Source: a virus
Lineage: Duplodnaviria; Heunggongvirae; Uroviricota; Caudoviricetes
IMG/VR virus record: IMGVR_UViG_2565956614_000003
Strand: one strand, 5' to 3'
DNA length: 64,000 bases
The translations under genes and the position numbers were made by a program. Of the stretch, positions 62,432-64,000 are shown one piece after another. Under the pieces are notes generated by a model. That model ran no database searches. It had not been told where the DNA came from and was given only the letters and a program-made list of their open reading frames with translations. How positions within the stretch are numbered: the stretch's first letter is position 1; each line of letters opens with the position of its first letter.

Positions 62432-64000
62432 ATACCTAAAACGTCATGAGCTACACCTCGAGTGTCCCCCTTACAAGACACAGAACGTCTGGCAAAAAGA
62501 GGTTCCACTCTGAAGCCACTGTCATGATAAAGCTCTCTGATATTTGGCGCGCCACTGTTAGTAATGAGAACCTTTGCACCTCGACGATGAGCATCCGTCA
62601 ACAGAGACACCAGGCGTTTTTGCTCTTCAAACTTAAAGTCATGACCGGAATAGTTCGTGAATCCCTCTGTATTTGGAAGCGGTTCATACGGCGGATCGCA
62701 AAAGATGACATCTCCTTCTCCGGCAGCTTCAATCACCGCTGCAAAATCACCGCATACAAACTCAGACCGCCCTTCCGCACCGAGGAAGGCTTCCATCTCC
62801 TGTAATGGGAAATACGGAGTTTTATACTTCCCATAACCGACATTGAACTCACCGGCCTGGTTGTAACGCGTCAATCCGTTAAAACAATGTCGGTTCAGGA
62901 ACAAAAACGCCGCTGCGCGATGTAAATCATCATAGACTTGTTTGTTAAACGCATTCCGTACTGCCAGGTATCCTTCCTGTGTGTTATAGTCCTGGAAGAA
63001 ACGATGTGCCAGAGTGATAAGTGAATGCGCCTCGCGTTGCAGAGTCTTGTAAAAGTTAATCAGGTCAGCATTCACATCATTTAGCAGATTTTCCTGGTAT
63101 CCGGCATTCATGAAGACAGCTCCGCCACCAACGAAAGGTTCAATCAGGCGCTTCCCTTCTGGCAAATAGCGAAAGATTTGTTCCAGAACACCAAATTTTC
63201 CACCAGCCCATTTGAATATGGACCGTTCGAATTCTGCCGCTGGTTTAACTTTTCGCTCTTTTGTTTCACTTCCTTCTTTCTGCCGACATACGGCCTTAGT
63301 AATCCGATCGCCAATCCAGCGCATTACTGGTATTGCCATACTATTGCCGATCGCTTTGTAACGCGGTCCGTCAGCTGCAAGCATCGCGGCCTCTTCTTCG
63401 CTTAAATCTGGATAGTGATTGCGAAGATATGCCAGTTCATCTGAATTAACTTTTTTACGCTTTTCCGTCGGGATCAACGTATGCCCATCAGGAAAACCTT
63501 GCAGCCTTTCACATTCGACAGGGGTAAGACGGCGGACAGCTACTTCTGCGTTTCTTACTTCATAGCAAACAGCTGTTGGATTTTTAGCCATTAGAGATGG
63601 TGAAGTATTCTTAGTTGCAGCATGTTGTGTACCGCTCATACGCTCAGGAAAAGCCAATGTAACAAGATGCTCATGGCTTTCTTGCTCACGTGCCCGCAAT
63701 GTACCATGCCCTTCTGACCAAAAACCTGCTCCTGTGCTGCTAAAAACGGCAAGGTCAGTGGCATCTTTAAAATCTCTTGCCTTTACTGTCGATGCGGTTT
63801 CATCGTCAATATATTCCCCAAATGCTGCCATCCTGAAAGCGTTTACGGCTTTCGTCGATTTCATACCGGGTGGAATGTCAGCGTGTAGGCATGGATTTAG
63901 GCTTTCGCCACTGATTGCAGCGCCATTTGCAATAATGGCGGAAGCGATTTCCTTCTTTTTTCGGCTCGGCGCAATATCCCGGCGCACGCCTTCGAACTCA
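62422..64000 (-). CDS. dmt: Dmt, fused C5-cytosine/N6-adenine (Dam-like) DNA methyltransferase; 5' end beyond window
   Basis: C-terminal Dam-like half with FVGGGAV and CDPPY; upstream half carries C5-MTase late motifs (RLTPVECERLQGFPDGH); reading frame still open at window edge. Confidence 0.8.
   Translation of the reverse strand, partial: EFEGVRRDIAPSRKKKEIASAIIANGAAISGESLNPCLHADIPPGMKSTKAVNAFRMAAFGEYIDDETASTVKARDFKDATDLAVFSSTGAGFWSEGHGTLRAREQESHEHLVTLAFPERMSGTQHAATKNTSPSLMAKNPTAVCYEVRNAEVAVRRLTPVECERLQGFPDGHTLIPTEKRKKVNSDELAYLRNHYPDLSEEEAAMLAADGPRYKAIGNSMAIPVMRWIGDRITKAVCRQKEGSETKERKVKPAAEFERSIFKWAGGKFGVLEQIFRYLPEGKRLIEPFVGGGAVFMNAGYQENLLNDVNADLINFYKTLQREAHSLITLAHRFFQDYNTQEGYLAVRNAFNKQVYDDLHRAAAFLFLNRHCFNGLTRYNQAGEFNVGYGKYKTPYFPLQEMEAFLGAEGRSEFVCGDFAAVIEAAGEGDVIFCDPPYEPLPNTEGFTNYSGHDFKFEEQKRLVSLLTDAHRRGAKVLITNSGAPNIRELYHDSGFRVEPLFARRSVSCKGDTRGVAHDVLGILL

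Overview
The window reads as one contiguous ~64 kb arc of a bacteriophage P1-like phage-plasmid, reverse-complemented relative to the usual P1 map and crossing the cre/c1 map origin. Order along the + strand: end of the Cin-invertible tail-fibre C segment and cin; the lydA-lydB-hdf-darA-ddrA-ddrB anti-restriction/lysis operon; a three-gene ssb operon; lyz; head protease and portal; the 2255-aa darB; ulx/lxc; an AT-rich Type III R-M pair (mod/res); mat, ref, cra, cre; coi and c1; an antirepressor-like gene; pacB/pacA with the pac site; lpa, pdcB/pdcA, doc/phd, humD, hot; a long minus-strand block of small and enzyme-like genes; a plus-strand baseplate-like block; a glycosyltransferase and ban; three tRNAs interleaved with plp/upl; and the 3' part of dmt. 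Calls rest on direct recognition of distinctive proteins and motifs (Cre, Phd, Doc, C1, Cin, SSB, Lyz, HumD, Hot, Mod/Res, DnaB-like Ban) plus synteny. P1 gene names for less distinctive ORFs come from memory of the P1 map and are tentative; no database search was run. Most notable: (1) no loxP site between cre and coi, with the junction looking like a precise ~37-bp deletion; (2) an antirepressor-like gene with a long structured leader between pacB and c1; (3) a two-gene cargo in the C1-controlled ssb operon, one with a DUF2829 (Tad2-like) C-terminus; (4) a cluster of sugar/phosphate-modifying enzyme-like genes; (5) a recurrent late-promoter-like motif and a network of C1 operator-like 17-mers; (6) a degenerate repeat array around the tRNAs. 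No rRNA, CRISPR array or transposase was seen.
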